The position numbers were made by a program, and so were the translations under genes. This document shows, piece after piece, positions 27,606-37,398 of a stretch of DNA of 64,000 bases; the stretch's first letter is position 1, and each line of letters begins with the position of its first letter. The notes under the pieces are model-generated. The model searched no databases. It was not told where the DNA came from and worked only from the letters and a program-made list of their open reading frames with translations. Source of the DNA: an uncultured Pseudomonadota bacterium (GTDB lineage: Bacteria; Pseudomonadota; Gammaproteobacteria; Steroidobacterales; Steroidobacteraceae); the NCBI GenBank assembly GCA_963748985.1, contig CAVVKQ010000013.1, positions 6,830 to 70,829 on the forward strand, written 5' to 3'.

Positions 27606-27799
27606 GAAAGGGGTTAGGGGATAGGGGTTAGGGGATAGTCGGAAGCGCATGCGGCGTTGGAGTCAACCGCCCTTGACCATTGCGCCAACCTCGCCCCGCT
27701 GGTAGCGGGAGCAGGTGGTCGCAGCCAGTCAAGAGAAGTGACCCCGCGCCGCAGGCGCGCTTCCGACTATCCCCTAACCCCTATCCCCTAACCCCTTCC
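27605..27799. repeat. 195-bp imperfect palindrome with near-perfect 43/44-nt terminal inverted repeats built from (GGGGTTA GGGGATA)x2 units; MITE/REP-like and a probable bidirectional terminator
   Basis: Left arm 27605-27648: GGAAAGGGGTTAGGGGATAGGGGTTAGGGGATAGTCGGAAGCGC. The reverse complement of the right arm (27757-27799) is identical except for one missing A. The interior halves are also related in inverse orientation, with the centre at CCGCTGGTAGCGG. The element fills the whole gap between the SDR stop (27603-27605) and the gpmA stop (27801-27803). Confidence 0.85.
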
Positions 27800-27800
27800 T

Positions 27801-28553
27801 CTACTTCTTCTCCGTCTGCTTCGCGACGGCTTCCGCCCGTGCCTTCACGGCCTCGGCATCACCGAGGTAGCGACTGGAGAGCGGTTTCAGGTTGGCATCG
27901 AGCGTGTAGAGCAGCGGCACGCCCGTCGGGATGTTGAGTTCGACGATGTCGGTATCCGACATCCCATCCAGCATTTTCACGATCGCTCGCAGGCTGTTGC
28001 CATGAGCGGCGACCAGCACGTTGCGGCCCGCGAGCAATTCCGGCGCGATGCTCGCGTTCCAGAACGGCATTACGCGTGCGAGCGTGTCCTTGAGCGATTC
28101 CGCGGAGGGCAATTCACCCGCAGGCACGCCCGCGTAGCGGCGATCGAAACGCGGATGGCCCGGATCGGCCTGCGGCAGCGGAGGTGGCGGGATGTCGTAG
28201 CTGCGGCGCCAGATCTTCACCTGGTCCGCTCCGTGCCTGGCGACCGTCTGCGTCTTGTTGAGGCCCTGCAACGAACCGTAATGGCGCTCGTTGAGCCGCC
28301 ACGTACGCTCGACCGGCAGCCACATCATGTCCAGTTCGTCGAGCGCCATCCACAGCGTGCGGATGGCGCGCTTGAGGACCGACGTGAAGGCGACGTCGAA
28401 AGCGATGCCTTCGGCCCTGAGCAGTCGTCCGGCTTCCTGCGCTTCCTGCCGGCCCTGCTCGGACAGGTCGACGTCGACCCAGCCGGTGAAGAGGTTCTCG
28501 AGGTTCCAGATGCTCTGGCCGTGACGCAGGAGCAGAAGCTTGCCGGTGCTCAT
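27801..28553 (-). CDS. gpmA: 2,3-bisphosphoglycerate-dependent phosphoglycerate mutase
   Basis: ORF 27801..28592, trimmed to ATG 28553 ([34 protein letters not shown]..). Catalytic RHG motif and the ..AAHGNSLRA.. motif. 250 aa. Confidence 0.92.
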   Translation of the reverse strand: MSTGKLLLLRHGQSIWNLENLFTGWVDVDLSEQGRQEAQEAGRLLRAEGIAFDVAFTSVLKRAIRTLWMALDELDMMWLPVERTWRLNERHYGSLQGLNKTQTVARHGADQVKIWRRSYDIPPPPLPQADPGHPRFDRRYAGVPAGELPSAESLKDTLARVMPFWNASIAPELLAGRNVLVAAHGNSLRAIVKMLDGMSDTDIVELNIPTGVPLLYTLDANLKPLSSRYLGDAEAVKARAEAVAKQTEKK

Positions 28554-28792
28554 ATGGGAATCAGCCTGTGGTGGTGGGGAGCGCGAGCTCAAGCCCCCTG
28601 ATTCGTTGCGTATGTTCGTTTAATCAACAGCTTAGCACGCGGACGACCCTGGCTTGGCACTCGCGAACCCGCTGCGTGCGACCGTACTTTCCGCAAGCTG
28701 GAACGGTGCCGGACCGAACGGTCCTTTGCATCCGTCGGGGCAGCTGGCCTCAGAATGTGCGACTCAAACTGGCGCTGGAGCAACTGCCCGAC

Positions 28793-29995
28793 ATGACCGA
28801 TGCTTTCATCTGTGATGCCATCCGGACCCCGATCGGGCGTTACGGCGGCGCGCTTGCAAGTGTCCGTACCGACGATCTCGCCGCACTGCCGCTCAAGGCG
28901 CTGATGGCCCGCAATCCAGCCGCAGACTGGGGAGCGCTCGACGATGTCATCTACGGCTGTGCGAACCAGGCGGGCGAGGACAACCGCAACGTCGCCCGCA
29001 TGGCAGTCCTGCTCGCAGGCCTGCCGGCGGCTGTGCCAGGCGCGACTATCAACCGGCTGTGTGGTTCCGGCCTCGACGCGGTTGCGACTGCTGCGCGCGC
29101 CATTCGCAGCGGCGAGGCGGATTTCCTGATTGCCGGCGGCGTGGAAAGCATGAGTCGCGCGCCGTACGTGGTGTCCAAACCCGATGCCGCATTCACGCGC
29201 GACCTGCAGTTTGCGGATACGACGCTCGGCTGGCGCTTCGTCAACCCGCTGATCCGGCAACAGTACGGCGTCGATTCGATGCCGGAGACCGGCGAAAACG
29301 TCGCCGAACGCTTCGGCATCGCGCGCGCGGACCAGGATGCCTTCGCCCTGCGCAGTCAGCAGCGGGCGCTTGCGGCGCAGGCGTCGGGACGACTCGCGCT
29401 GGAAATCGTTCCAGTGACGGTATCCGCCCGGCGTGGCGCGCCCGTGATCGTCGACCGCGATGAACATCCGCGCGAGACGAACCTTGCGGCGCTGTCCAGG
29501 CTGGCTACGCCGTTTCGTGCGGGTGGAACGGTCACTGCGGGGAATGCTTCCGGCGTGAACGACGGCGCCTGTGCGCTCGTGGTCGCGTCAGAGGCAGCTG
29601 CAATCCGCCACGGATTGACGCTGCGCGCGAGAGTCTGCGGCACGGTCGTCGTCGGGGTCGAGCCGACCATCATGGGTTTCGGTCCGGCGCCGGCGACAAA
29701 GAAGTTACTCCAACGGCTCGGGCTGCAACTTGCGCAGATCGACGTGGTCGAGTTGAACGAAGCGTTTGCGTCGCAGGCCCTGGCCGTCTTGCGTCACCTG
29801 GGGTTGCCGGACGACGCAGATCATGTGAACCCCAATGGCGGTGCCATCGCGCTCGGGCATCCATTGGGCATGAGCGGTGCACGGCTGGCTACGACCGCGT
29901 TGGTCGAGCTGGAACGACGGGGACTGCGCCGCGCACTTTGCACGATGTGCATCGGAGTCGGGCAGGGCATCGCGCTCGTGCTTGAGCGTGTCTAG
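28793..29995 (+). CDS. Thiolase (3-oxoadipyl-CoA / acetyl-CoA C-acyltransferase, PcaF/PaaJ-like)
   Basis: ORF 28568..29995, trimmed to ATG 28793 ([31 protein letters not shown]..). Active-site regions ..[12 protein letters not shown].., ..[19 protein letters not shown].., ..CIGVGQGIA.. 400 aa. Confidence 0.9.
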   Translation: MTDAFICDAIRTPIGRYGGALASVRTDDLAALPLKALMARNPAADWGALDDVIYGCANQAGEDNRNVARMAVLLAGLPAAVPGATINRLCGSGLDAVATAARAIRSGEADFLIAGGVESMSRAPYVVSKPDAAFTRDLQFADTTLGWRFVNPLIRQQYGVDSMPETGENVAERFGIARADQDAFALRSQQRALAAQASGRLALEIVPVTVSARRGAPVIVDRDEHPRETNLAALSRLATPFRAGGTVTAGNASGVNDGACALVVASEAAAIRHGLTLRARVCGTVVVGVEPTIMGFGPAPATKKLLQRLGLQLAQIDVVELNEAFASQALAVLRHLGLPDDADHVNPNGGAIALGHPLGMSGARLATTALVELERRGLRRALCTMCIGVGQGIALVLERV

Positions 29996-30028
29996 CGCGG
30001 GCGTCGCCTGACGGGGTCCACGCCCACT

Positions 30029-30823
30029 TCAGTGCGGCAAGTGCTGATCGATGCCGCGAGCGCAGCGTGTGCGGCCGCTGCGGACGGTTTCCTGCCAGCG
30101 TTCCTGGTTCGCGCGCACGGCGGCGCGCGAGGCAGGCCGGTGCGCAAGGTGCCAGGCGATCGCCGAGAAAACCAGGGTCTGGCGGCGGATGCCCGCGTTG
30201 GTGAGGCGGGCGCAGAGTTCCTTGTCCTCCGAGCCCCAGCCCGCAAAGTCCTCGTCGAAGCCGTTCGCCTGCAGCAGGTCTGCGCGCCAGAAGGCCTGGT
30301 TGCACGACTTGACGGCGACGAACGCATTGGCAGCCCGACCGAGTTTCTCCGTGAGCCGCGGCGCGTGCAGCGCATAGGGGCGACGCCTGAGGTCGACGCC
30401 CGTCGTCCACGGCGACGGAATGCGTCGGCTGCGCAGGAGCCGCTGCGTCGCAGCCTCGTCGAGTGGAATGCGCACGCCCTGTGTCCAGTAACCCGGTCTT
30501 GCAGCTCGCGCGTGATCAGCCACGAACAGCGGATGCAACACCATGTCGCCGTCCAGCAGCAGTATGTAATCGCCTGTGCAGCGCGCAATCGCGAGGTTGC
30601 GCATGCGTCCGGCGCGAAAACCCGAGTGCTCCTGGCGCACGAACTCCACGCCCGACGACAGGCGCTTCCTGAATGCATCCACCACGGCGGCCATTGCGGG
30701 ACCCGATCCATCGTCCGCGACAATGACTTCGTCCGGTGCCCGGGTCTGTGTCCCGACGCTGGCCAGCACTCGCTCGAGCGCTGCAGGCCGCTCGTAAGTG
30801 ACGATGACGAGGCTCGTGCGCAT
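30029..30823 (-). CDS. Family-2 glycosyltransferase (with galactosyltransferase-type C-terminal region)
   Basis: ORF 30029..30964, trimmed to ATG 30823 (ATGA overlap with the gdhB stop). ..SLVIVTYERPAALERVL.., ..VIVADDGS.., DxD-like ..LLLDGDM.., ..GWGSEDKEL.. Confidence 0.8.
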   Translation of the reverse strand: MRTSLVIVTYERPAALERVLASVGTQTRAPDEVIVADDGSGPAMAAVVDAFRKRLSSGVEFVRQEHSGFRAGRMRNLAIARCTGDYILLLDGDMVLHPLFVADHARAARPGYWTQGVRIPLDEAATQRLLRSRRIPSPWTTGVDLRRRPYALHAPRLTEKLGRAANAFVAVKSCNQAFWRADLLQANGFDEDFAGWGSEDKELCARLTNAGIRRQTLVFSAIAWHLAHRPASRAAVRANQERWQETVRSGRTRCARGIDQHLPH

Positions 30824-33800
30824 CAGTCCTCGGCCGCTGCCACGCGACGCACGGCCTGCAGCGCAACCGAAAGCGATGCAAAATCGATCTCGGTGGTCTG
30901 CGCGCGGATGTCGTTGATCACGGCGCGAGCATGTTCCGCGGACGCCTTGTTCCGCACCAGCCACTTGTCGAGCGACTTGACCGGATCCCTCTCCCGCGAC
31001 GATTCGAGCACACCCTGCGCCAGGCTGCGGTGCACTTCGAACAACGCCTCGCGCAGGCTGCCGCGCGCCACCGCGTGCCAGTGGCCAGCCGTGTCCAGGC
31101 CTTCAATGTGCTTGCGCAGCCAGTCGAGCCTGAAATAGCCGCCGATGGCGAAGTAGGCCTTGGCAGCCGCATCGACGGTGAGCTTGCGCGACTCGGCGAG
31201 TTCGACGATGTCGGGGCTGCTGTGCAGGGCATTGCAGGCCGCGATCCGGCGCGACAAGTCGGCCGGTACGCCCGCCGTTGCGAGTTCCGCGTGACGGGCT
31301 TCGAAGGACGCTCGCGCAGTGCCGTCCAGCCAATGCAACGGCGCGCGCGTGAGTTCCTGGATGCCGGGCCGCAGGCGCGCCACCTGCTGTTCGATGCCGA
31401 GAGTCGAGCGGTGCCGCTGGATCAGCCAATAAGTCGCCTGCCGGATCAGCCCGATGGTGTCGTGCATCATGCCGTACTGCAGGGTCGCTGCCACCTTGTT
31501 GTCCAGGCGCTCGATCGCAGTCCAGAGCTCGCGCACTTCGAACACTTCGCGGGCAATCGAATAGGCGCGCGCCACCGTGGCGGCGTCGGCTCCGGTGTCC
31601 TGCTGGGTGCGTGCGACGAAGGTCGGCCCCATGCGGTTGACGATGCTGTTGGTCGTCGCGGTGACGATGATTTCGCGCTTCAGCCGGTGTTCGTCCAGCA
31701 ACTTGCCGCAGCGTCTGGCGAGTCGCGGCGGAAAGTACCGGTCGAGTTCCTGGCTGAGGTACGGATCCTCCGGCACGTCCGACTGGATCAACTGCGCGCT
31801 GAGCGCGATCTTCGCGTAACTCAGCAGCATCGCGAGTTCCGGCCGCACCAGGCCCAGCCCGGCGCGACGGCGGTCTTCGATCTCCTCCGCATTCGGCAGG
31901 TATTCGAGCGCGCGGTCCAGCACCCCATCGAGTTCGAGTGAACGGATGAAATGCGCGTGTTCGCCGAGCCGATCCGGCGCGGCTGCCTGCAGCAGGCTGA
32001 TCGCCTGGCTCTGCAGGTAGTTGTCGCGCAGCACGAGCTGGCCGACGTCTTCCGTCATCGACTCGAGCAGCCGGTTGCGCTCTGCCGTCTTCATGCGCGT
32101 GCGTTCCTGCACCGCCTTCAGCTGGATCTTGATGTTGACCTCGTGGTCGGAGCAGTCGACGCCGCCGGAGTTGTCGACGAAGTCGGTGTTCAGGCGGCCG
32201 CCGTGCAATGCGTACTCGATGCGGCCGAGTTGCGAGCAGCCAAGGTTGCCGCCTTCGCCCACGACCTTGCAGCGCAGGTCCCGGCCATCGACGCGGACCG
32301 CGTCGTTGGTGCGATCACCCACTGCGGAGTTCGCTTCCCACGAAGCCTTTACGTAAGTGCCGATCCCGCCGTTCCAGTGCAGGTCGACCGACAGCTTCAG
32401 GATGGCGCGGATGATCTCCACCGGTGTCGATTTCGGCGCATCGATGCCGAGCAGCACGCGGGCCTGCGGCGATAGCGCAATCTCCTTGGCATTGCGCGCG
32501 AACACCCCACCGCCCCTGGAAATCAGCTTCGGGTCGTAGTCGGTCCATGACGAGCGGGGCAGGTTGAAGAGGCGCTCGCGCTCCTTGAAGCTGCGGGCCG
32601 CGTCAGGCTCCGGGTCGAGGAAGATGTGCTGGTGGTTGAAGGCGGCCACCAGCCGGATGTGTGGCGAGAGCAACATGCCGTTGCCGAATACGTCGCCCGC
32701 CATGTCGCCAATGCCGGCGACGGTGAAGTCCTGCGACTGCGTGTCCAGGCCGAGTTCGCGGAAGTGCCGCTTGACGCACTCCCACGCGCCCTTCGCGGTG
32801 ATGCCCATCTTCTTGTGGTCATATCCCGCGGACCCGCCGGAGGCGAACGCGTCCCCGAGCCAGAAGCCGTACTCGGCCGCCAGTGCATTGGCAGTATCGG
32901 AGAACGTCGCGGTGCCCTTGTCCGCTGCAACGACCAGGTACGGATCGTCCGGGTCGTAGCGCACGGTGCGTTCCGGCGGAATGATCTTCTCGCCACGCAC
33001 GTTGTCGGTGATGTCGAGCAGGCCGCGGATGAAGAGCCGGTAGCACTCGGTGCCTTCGCGCTGCACTTCCTCGCGCGAGGCGCCGACGGGCATCTGTTTC
33101 GGCACGAAACCACCCTTGGCGCCGACCGGGACGATCAGCGTGTTCTTGACGTTCTGCGCCTTCATCAGGCCGAGAATTTCGGTGCGGAAATCCTCGCGCC
33201 GGTCGGACCAGCGCAGGCCGCCGCGGGCGACCTTGCCCATGCGCAGGTGCACGCCTTCGACGCGTGGCGAGTACACCCAGATCTCGTACATCGGGCGCGG
33301 CTTCGGCAGTTCGGGCAGCAGCTTCGGATCGAGCTTGAACGAGAGGTACGGCTTGAGCGAGTCGTCCGCGCCGCGCTGATAATAGTTGGTGCGCAACGTG
33401 GCCATGATCACCGCGCGGAACGAGCGCAGGATGCGGTCGTCGTCGGGGCTGGTGACTTTCTCGAGCGCGTCGTCGATGTCCTCGGCAAACGCTCGAACCT
33501 GCGAAGCACGCGTTGCGGGTTTCAGGTCGGGGTCGAAGCGCGATTCAAAGGTCCAGGCAAGGCGGGCCGCGATCGACGGATTACGGGCGAGCACCGCCTC
33601 CATGTAGCGCTGGCTGAAGGGGATGCCGGTCTGCAGCAGGTAACGGCAGACGGCACGCAGGATCAGCGCCTGTTTCCAGTCGAGACCGGCGGCCAGGATA
33701 AGCCGGTTGAAGCCGTCGCTTTCGGCCTGGCCGTGATGCACGGCGAAGAAGGCCTGCTCGAAGCGGCGCCCCTCCAGTTCCGGGTCCAGCGTGCGGCCGG

Positions 33801-35649
33801 CCGCATGCTTGACCTCGATGTCCTGGATCCACAGCGTCGAGCCGTCCGTCGGCGCCACGCGGTACGGACGCTCGTTCAGGATGCGCAGGTCGAAATTCTC
33901 GAGCAGCGGCAGGATGTCGGACATCGCGACGGGTTCGCCGCGGCGGTAAAGTCTGAGGTGGAGCGCGCCACTGGCGGGGCCGCCGGGGCGCAGTTCCATC
34001 CCGAGTGCCGTCGGGCTGGTGTCCAGTGCGGCAAGTTCCTGCAGGTCGTGAATGGCCTCGGCCGGTGGCACGTCTTCCTCGTACGCGACGGGGAACGCGT
34101 CCTCGAACCGCGCCGCCAGCTGGTCAGCTGCTGTTGCTGGCAACCGCGCCTGCAGTTCGTCGTTCAGGTGGTCAGTCCACGTCCGCATCGCGGCAGTGAT
34201 GCGTTGCTCGATGCGCTCGACGTCGGCCACGACGCTGCGCGCAGGGTCCGTTCGCACGAGAATGTGGAGTCGTGCGAGCGCGGATTCGGAAATCTGCACC
34301 TGCGACTCGAGGTCCACGCCCGCGAGATCTTCGAGCAGGATGCGCTCGATCCGTTCACGGACCTGCGTGTTATAGCGGTCACGCGGCACGTACAGCAGGC
34401 ACGAGAAGAACCGCTGGTACGGATCGCGGCGCGCGAAGAGGCGCACGCGCTGGCGTTCGTACAGGTTGACGATGCCACGCGTCGTGCGCACGAGTTCCGG
34501 CACCGTCGACTGGAACAGTTCGTCGCGCGGATACGTCTCGAGCACGTGCATCAGCGACTTGCCATCGTGACTCGTCGATGACACTCCGATGTGGTCGACC
34601 ACGCGCTGCACCTTGTGGCGCAGCAGGGGAATCTCGCGTGGACTGGTGCTGTAGGTGCTCGACGTGAACAAGCCGATGAAGCGTCGCTCGCCGACGACGC
34701 GACCGCCCTTGTCGAAGGTCTTGATGCCGACGTAATCGAGGTAGGTCGCGCGGTGCACGGTGGAGACCGAGTTGGCCTTGGTCACGATCAGCAGCGCGAC
34801 CTCGCGCGCCTTGCGCTGCAGTTCGCCGGTGAGCACCGTCGGTTTGGGCTGCGGACGGCCCTTGCCCGTGCGCAGCAGGCCCAGGCCGGAACGAGGGACT
34901 GGTACCAGCCGATCGAAAGAGCGGGTGCGCTCGAGCTTGTATTCGCGGTAGCCGAGGAACGTGAAGTGGTTGTCGGCGAGCCATTCGATGAATTCGACCG
35001 CTTCTTTTTCCTCGCGACGGGGGATGGCGGGCACGCCGGCATTCACGTCCCTGGCGATGTCCAGTGCCCGCTGACGGATGGCCGGCCAGTCGGACACAGC
35101 AAGCCTCACGTCCTCCAGCATGCGCAGGATGTTCTGGGTCAATGCTTCGTGCCGCGCCGGATCGCCAATTCGCGGCACTGCCACATGCTGCCAGGACTCC
35201 ATTTTGCCGAGCGCACTGTCGGGTTCCTCCATGCTCAGCAACTTGCCACGGCGGTCCCGGGCCATGCGCAGCACCGGATGGATCATCAACTGGATCGGCA
35301 GGCGGGAGTCGCCGAGCACGACGGCCAGCGAGTCCACGAGGAACGGCATGTCCTCGGTCACGACCTCGACGATCGTGCAGGGCGATTCCCAACCGTCACG
35401 TTGCAGCTGCGGGTTGAAAACGCGAACCCTCGGCTCGCCGGCAGGACGCACTGCGCCGAACCTGAGGGTTCCGGCGGCTGACGCTGCGAACGCTGCGGCA
35501 TCGCGCGCCTGCAGGTCCTCCTCGCCGACGCCGCGGTAGTAGGCCTGCACGAACGCTGGCAGCGGCAGCGGAGCTCCGCGCGTCTTGCGCGCGAGCTTCG
35601 CAATGTCGTCGATCAGGTGCTGTCGAGCAGCGGGGATCGTTCCTGGCAT
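30823..35649 (-). CDS. gdhB: NAD-specific glutamate dehydrogenase, large (~180 kDa) class
   Basis: ORF 30823..35781, trimmed to ATG 35649 (MPGTIPAARQHLIDDIAKL..), about 1608 aa. Diagnostic size and central catalytic region (..VPVGAKGGFVPK.., ..VVAADKGTATFSD.., ..GGSAGYDHKKMGITAKGAWE..). Confidence 0.92.
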   Translation of the reverse strand: MPGTIPAARQHLIDDIAKLARKTRGAPLPLPAFVQAYYRGVGEEDLQARDAAAFAASAAGTLRFGAVRPAGEPRVRVFNPQLQRDGWESPCTIVEVVTEDMPFLVDSLAVVLGDSRLPIQLMIHPVLRMARDRRGKLLSMEEPDSALGKMESWQHVAVPRIGDPARHEALTQNILRMLEDVRLAVSDWPAIRQRALDIARDVNAGVPAIPRREEKEAVEFIEWLADNHFTFLGYREYKLERTRSFDRLVPVPRSGLGLLRTGKGRPQPKPTVLTGELQRKAREVALLIVTKANSVSTVHRATYLDYVGIKTFDKGGRVVGERRFIGLFTSSTYSTSPREIPLLRHKVQRVVDHIGVSSTSHDGKSLMHVLETYPRDELFQSTVPELVRTTRGIVNLYERQRVRLFARRDPYQRFFSCLLYVPRDRYNTQVRERIERILLEDLAGVDLESQVQISESALARLHILVRTDPARSVVADVERIEQRITAAMRTWTDHLNDELQARLPATAADQLAARFEDAFPVAYEEDVPPAEAIHDLQELAALDTSPTALGMELRPGGPASGALHLRLYRRGEPVAMSDILPLLENFDLRILNERPYRVAPTDGSTLWIQDIEVKHAAGRTLDPELEGRRFEQAFFAVHHGQAESDGFNRLILAAGLDWKQALILRAVCRYLLQTGIPFSQRYMEAVLARNPSIAARLAWTFESRFDPDLKPATRASQVRAFAEDIDDALEKVTSPDDDRILRSFRAVIMATLRTNYYQRGADDSLKPYLSFKLDPKLLPELPKPRPMYEIWVYSPRVEGVHLRMGKVARGGLRWSDRREDFRTEILGLMKAQNVKNTLIVPVGAKGGFVPKQMPVGASREEVQREGTECYRLFIRGLLDITDNVRGEKIIPPERTVRYDPDDPYLVVAADKGTATFSDTANALAAEYGFWLGDAFASGGSAGYDHKKMGITAKGAWECVKRHFRELGLDTQSQDFTVAGIGDMAGDVFGNGMLLSPHIRLVAAFNHQHIFLDPEPDAARSFKERERLFNLPRSSWTDYDPKLISRGGGVFARNAKEIALSPQARVLLGIDAPKSTPVEIIRAILKLSVDLHWNGGIGTYVKASWEANSAVGDRTNDAVRVDGRDLRCKVVGEGGNLGCSQLGRIEYALHGGRLNTDFVDNSGGVDCSDHEVNIKIQLKAVQERTRMKTAERNRLLESMTEDVGQLVLRDNYLQSQAISLLQAAAPDRLGEHAHFIRSLELDGVLDRALEYLPNAEEIEDRRRAGLGLVRPELAMLLSYAKIALSAQLIQSDVPEDPYLSQELDRYFPPRLARRCGKLLDEHRLKREIIVTATTNSIVNRMGPTFVARTQQDTGADAATVARAYSIAREVFEVRELWTAIERLDNKVAATLQYGMMHDTIGLIRQATYWLIQRHRSTLGIEQQVARLRPGIQELTRAPLHWLDGTARASFEARHAELATAGVPADLSRRIAACNALHSSPDIVELAESRKLTVDAAAKAYFAIGGYFRLDWLRKHIEGLDTAGHWHAVARGSLREALFEVHRSLAQGVLESSRERDPVKSLDKWLVRNKASAEHARAVINDIRAQTTEIDFASLSVALQAVRRVAAAED

Positions 35650-35683
35650 GGCGGGGCGTCCTTGGTATGTCGTTCTTTTGTAG

Positions 35684-36208
35684 TCATCGGGCCGGGTCGC
35701 GACGTGTCTGTGGGCGTCGCGCCTTGGGACCGCGTGCGGCGTGCTTCGGCACACGCAGGTCCACGGAGAGAATTTCCGCACGCTGCGTGAGTACGCCGAG
35801 CAGGCGGTCGAGCGCCGCGCGTTCGTCGATGGTCAGCGTGTCGAGCAGCAAGCGCTCGAATTCGAGGGCCAGGGGGGCGACGCCGCGATAGACGGCGGCT
35901 CCGGCCGCTGAGACCTGCAGGATGGAACGGCGCCGGTCATCGGTCGCGACGGCGCGACGCAGACGGCCAGCGCGCAGCAGGCGATTGACGGCGCGGCTGA
36001 CGGCAACGGCGTCCATGCGGCTCTTCTCGGCAACTTCGCGTGCCGAGAGTCCCGGGTGGAGCATGAGCACGGCGATGACCCGCCATTCGGGGATCGACAG
36101 TCCGAAGCGTTCTTCGTAGGCCGTGGCGATCGCGTTGCTCGTCACGTTGGCGAGCACCGAGAGCCGGTAGGGCAGGAACGATTCGAGTTTGATCAACGGC
36201 GAGGTCAA
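35684..36208 (-). CDS. MarR-family transcriptional regulator
   Basis: 174 aa. Winged-helix core ..LSIPEWRVIAVLMLHPGLSAREVAEKSRMDAVAVSRAVNRLLRAGRLRR..DDRRRSIL.. Confidence 0.85.
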   Translation of the reverse strand: MTSPLIKLESFLPYRLSVLANVTSNAIATAYEERFGLSIPEWRVIAVLMLHPGLSAREVAEKSRMDAVAVSRAVNRLLRAGRLRRAVATDDRRRSILQVSAAGAAVYRGVAPLALEFERLLLDTLTIDERAALDRLLGVLTQRAEILSVDLRVPKHAARGPKARRPQTRRDPAR

Positions 36209-36272
36209 GGCGTGGGGACCGTCCGCAGCAGAAGTTTTCGATTGTAACGAATTGGGCGACGGCCGCGCCAGT

Positions 36273-37388
36273 TCAGGGGCGGTGCGGCCGCGACAGGTAC
36301 TCGTGCGTCTGCATCTCCGCCAGCCGGCTGCGCGTCCGGTCGAACTCGAAACGGAGACGATCGCCGACGTACAGTTCGTCGACGGGTGCGTACGCAGCCA
36401 GGACCAGCTTCACGCCGCGGTCGTAGAACTCGTCGACCAGCGCAATGAACCGGCGCGCGGGGTTGTCCAGGGCCTGGTCCATCTGCGGCACGCGGCTGAC
36501 CAGTACGGTGTGGAAGTCGCGCGCGATTTCGACGAAATCGGCCTGCGAGCGTGGTCCGTCGCAGATGGCGTCGAAGTCGAACCACACGATTTCGTCCGCT
36601 CGCGCGACGAAGGGGATGTCCCGGCCCTCGATGGCCAGCTTTCCCGGTGCGCAGGTGTCGCCGCCACAGAGATCGGCAAAGCGCGTCTCGAGCTGCCGGC
36701 GGGTGTCCGGCAGTCGCGCATCGAGGTACAGCGGTGCTTTTTCGAGCAGGCGCAGGCGGTAGTCCTCGCCGCCGTCGACGTTGATGACTTCGCAATGACG
36801 CTCGATGGCGGCGATGGCCGGCAGGAAGCGCTGGCGCTGCAGTCCATCGCGGTAGAGTTGCGACGGCGGCAGGTTCGAGGTGAAGACCAGCGTGACGCCG
36901 CGTTCGAGCAGTCCCGCGAAGAGGCCACCCAGCAGCATGGCGTCGGCGATATCGGCTACGAACAGTTCGTCCAGGCACAGCACGCGGGTGTCGCGCGCGA
37001 TGTCAGCCGCCACGTGCTCCAGCGGGCCGGGCAGGTCGCGCAGTTCCCCGAGACGCGCGTGCAGGTCTTTCATCAGGCGGTGGAAGTGCTCGCGCCGTGT
37101 CGACACGCCGACGTGCGCATGGAAGAGGTCCATCAGGAAAGTCTTGCCGCGGCCGACGCCGCCCCAGAGGTATACGCCGCGCTCGCCGGCCGCGTTGCTG
37201 CCCCGCTGGCGGGCAAGAGCCCGCCAACGGCCGAACAATCCCGCTCTTGAGCGATCCTCGGCGGTGCGCAGGCGCACCACCAGGTCCGACAGGCGGTCGA
37301 CCGCATGCTGTTGCGCGGTGTCCGGGCGATAGCCGTGACGAACGAGTGCCGCCTCGTACTCCTTCTGCAGGTCGGCGCGCCGCATCAT
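36273..37388 (-). CDS. zapE: AFG1-like ATPase / cell-division protein ZapE
   Basis: ORF 36273..37544, trimmed to ATG 37388. ..YEAALVRHGYRPDTAQQHAVDRL.., Walker A ..GVYLWGGVGRGKTFLMD.., Walker B ..VLCLDELFV.. Confidence 0.88.
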   Translation of the reverse strand: MMRRADLQKEYEAALVRHGYRPDTAQQHAVDRLSDLVVRLRTAEDRSRAGLFGRWRALARQRGSNAAGERGVYLWGGVGRGKTFLMDLFHAHVGVSTRREHFHRLMKDLHARLGELRDLPGPLEHVAADIARDTRVLCLDELFVADIADAMLLGGLFAGLLERGVTLVFTSNLPPSQLYRDGLQRQRFLPAIAAIERHCEVINVDGGEDYRLRLLEKAPLYLDARLPDTRRQLETRFADLCGGDTCAPGKLAIEGRDIPFVARADEIVWFDFDAICDGPRSQADFVEIARDFHTVLVSRVPQMDQALDNPARRFIALVDEFYDRGVKLVLAAYAPVDELYVGDRLRFEFDRTRSRLAEMQTHEYLSRPHRP

Positions 37389-37398
37389 GCGTGGTGCT

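Noticed and set aside
27610-27634. Tandem 7-nt GGGG(T/A)TA units considered as a CRISPR array or a true tandem-repeat locus.
   Set aside because: There are only four units per arm, no spacers of CRISPR size and no cas genes. The structure is an inverted-repeat element, reported as such.
29999-30025. Weak hairpin (GGGCGT / ACGCCC, 15-nt loop) between the convergent thiolase and GT2 genes, considered as a terminator.
   Set aside because: A 6-bp stem with a long loop and no U-tract is too weak to call.
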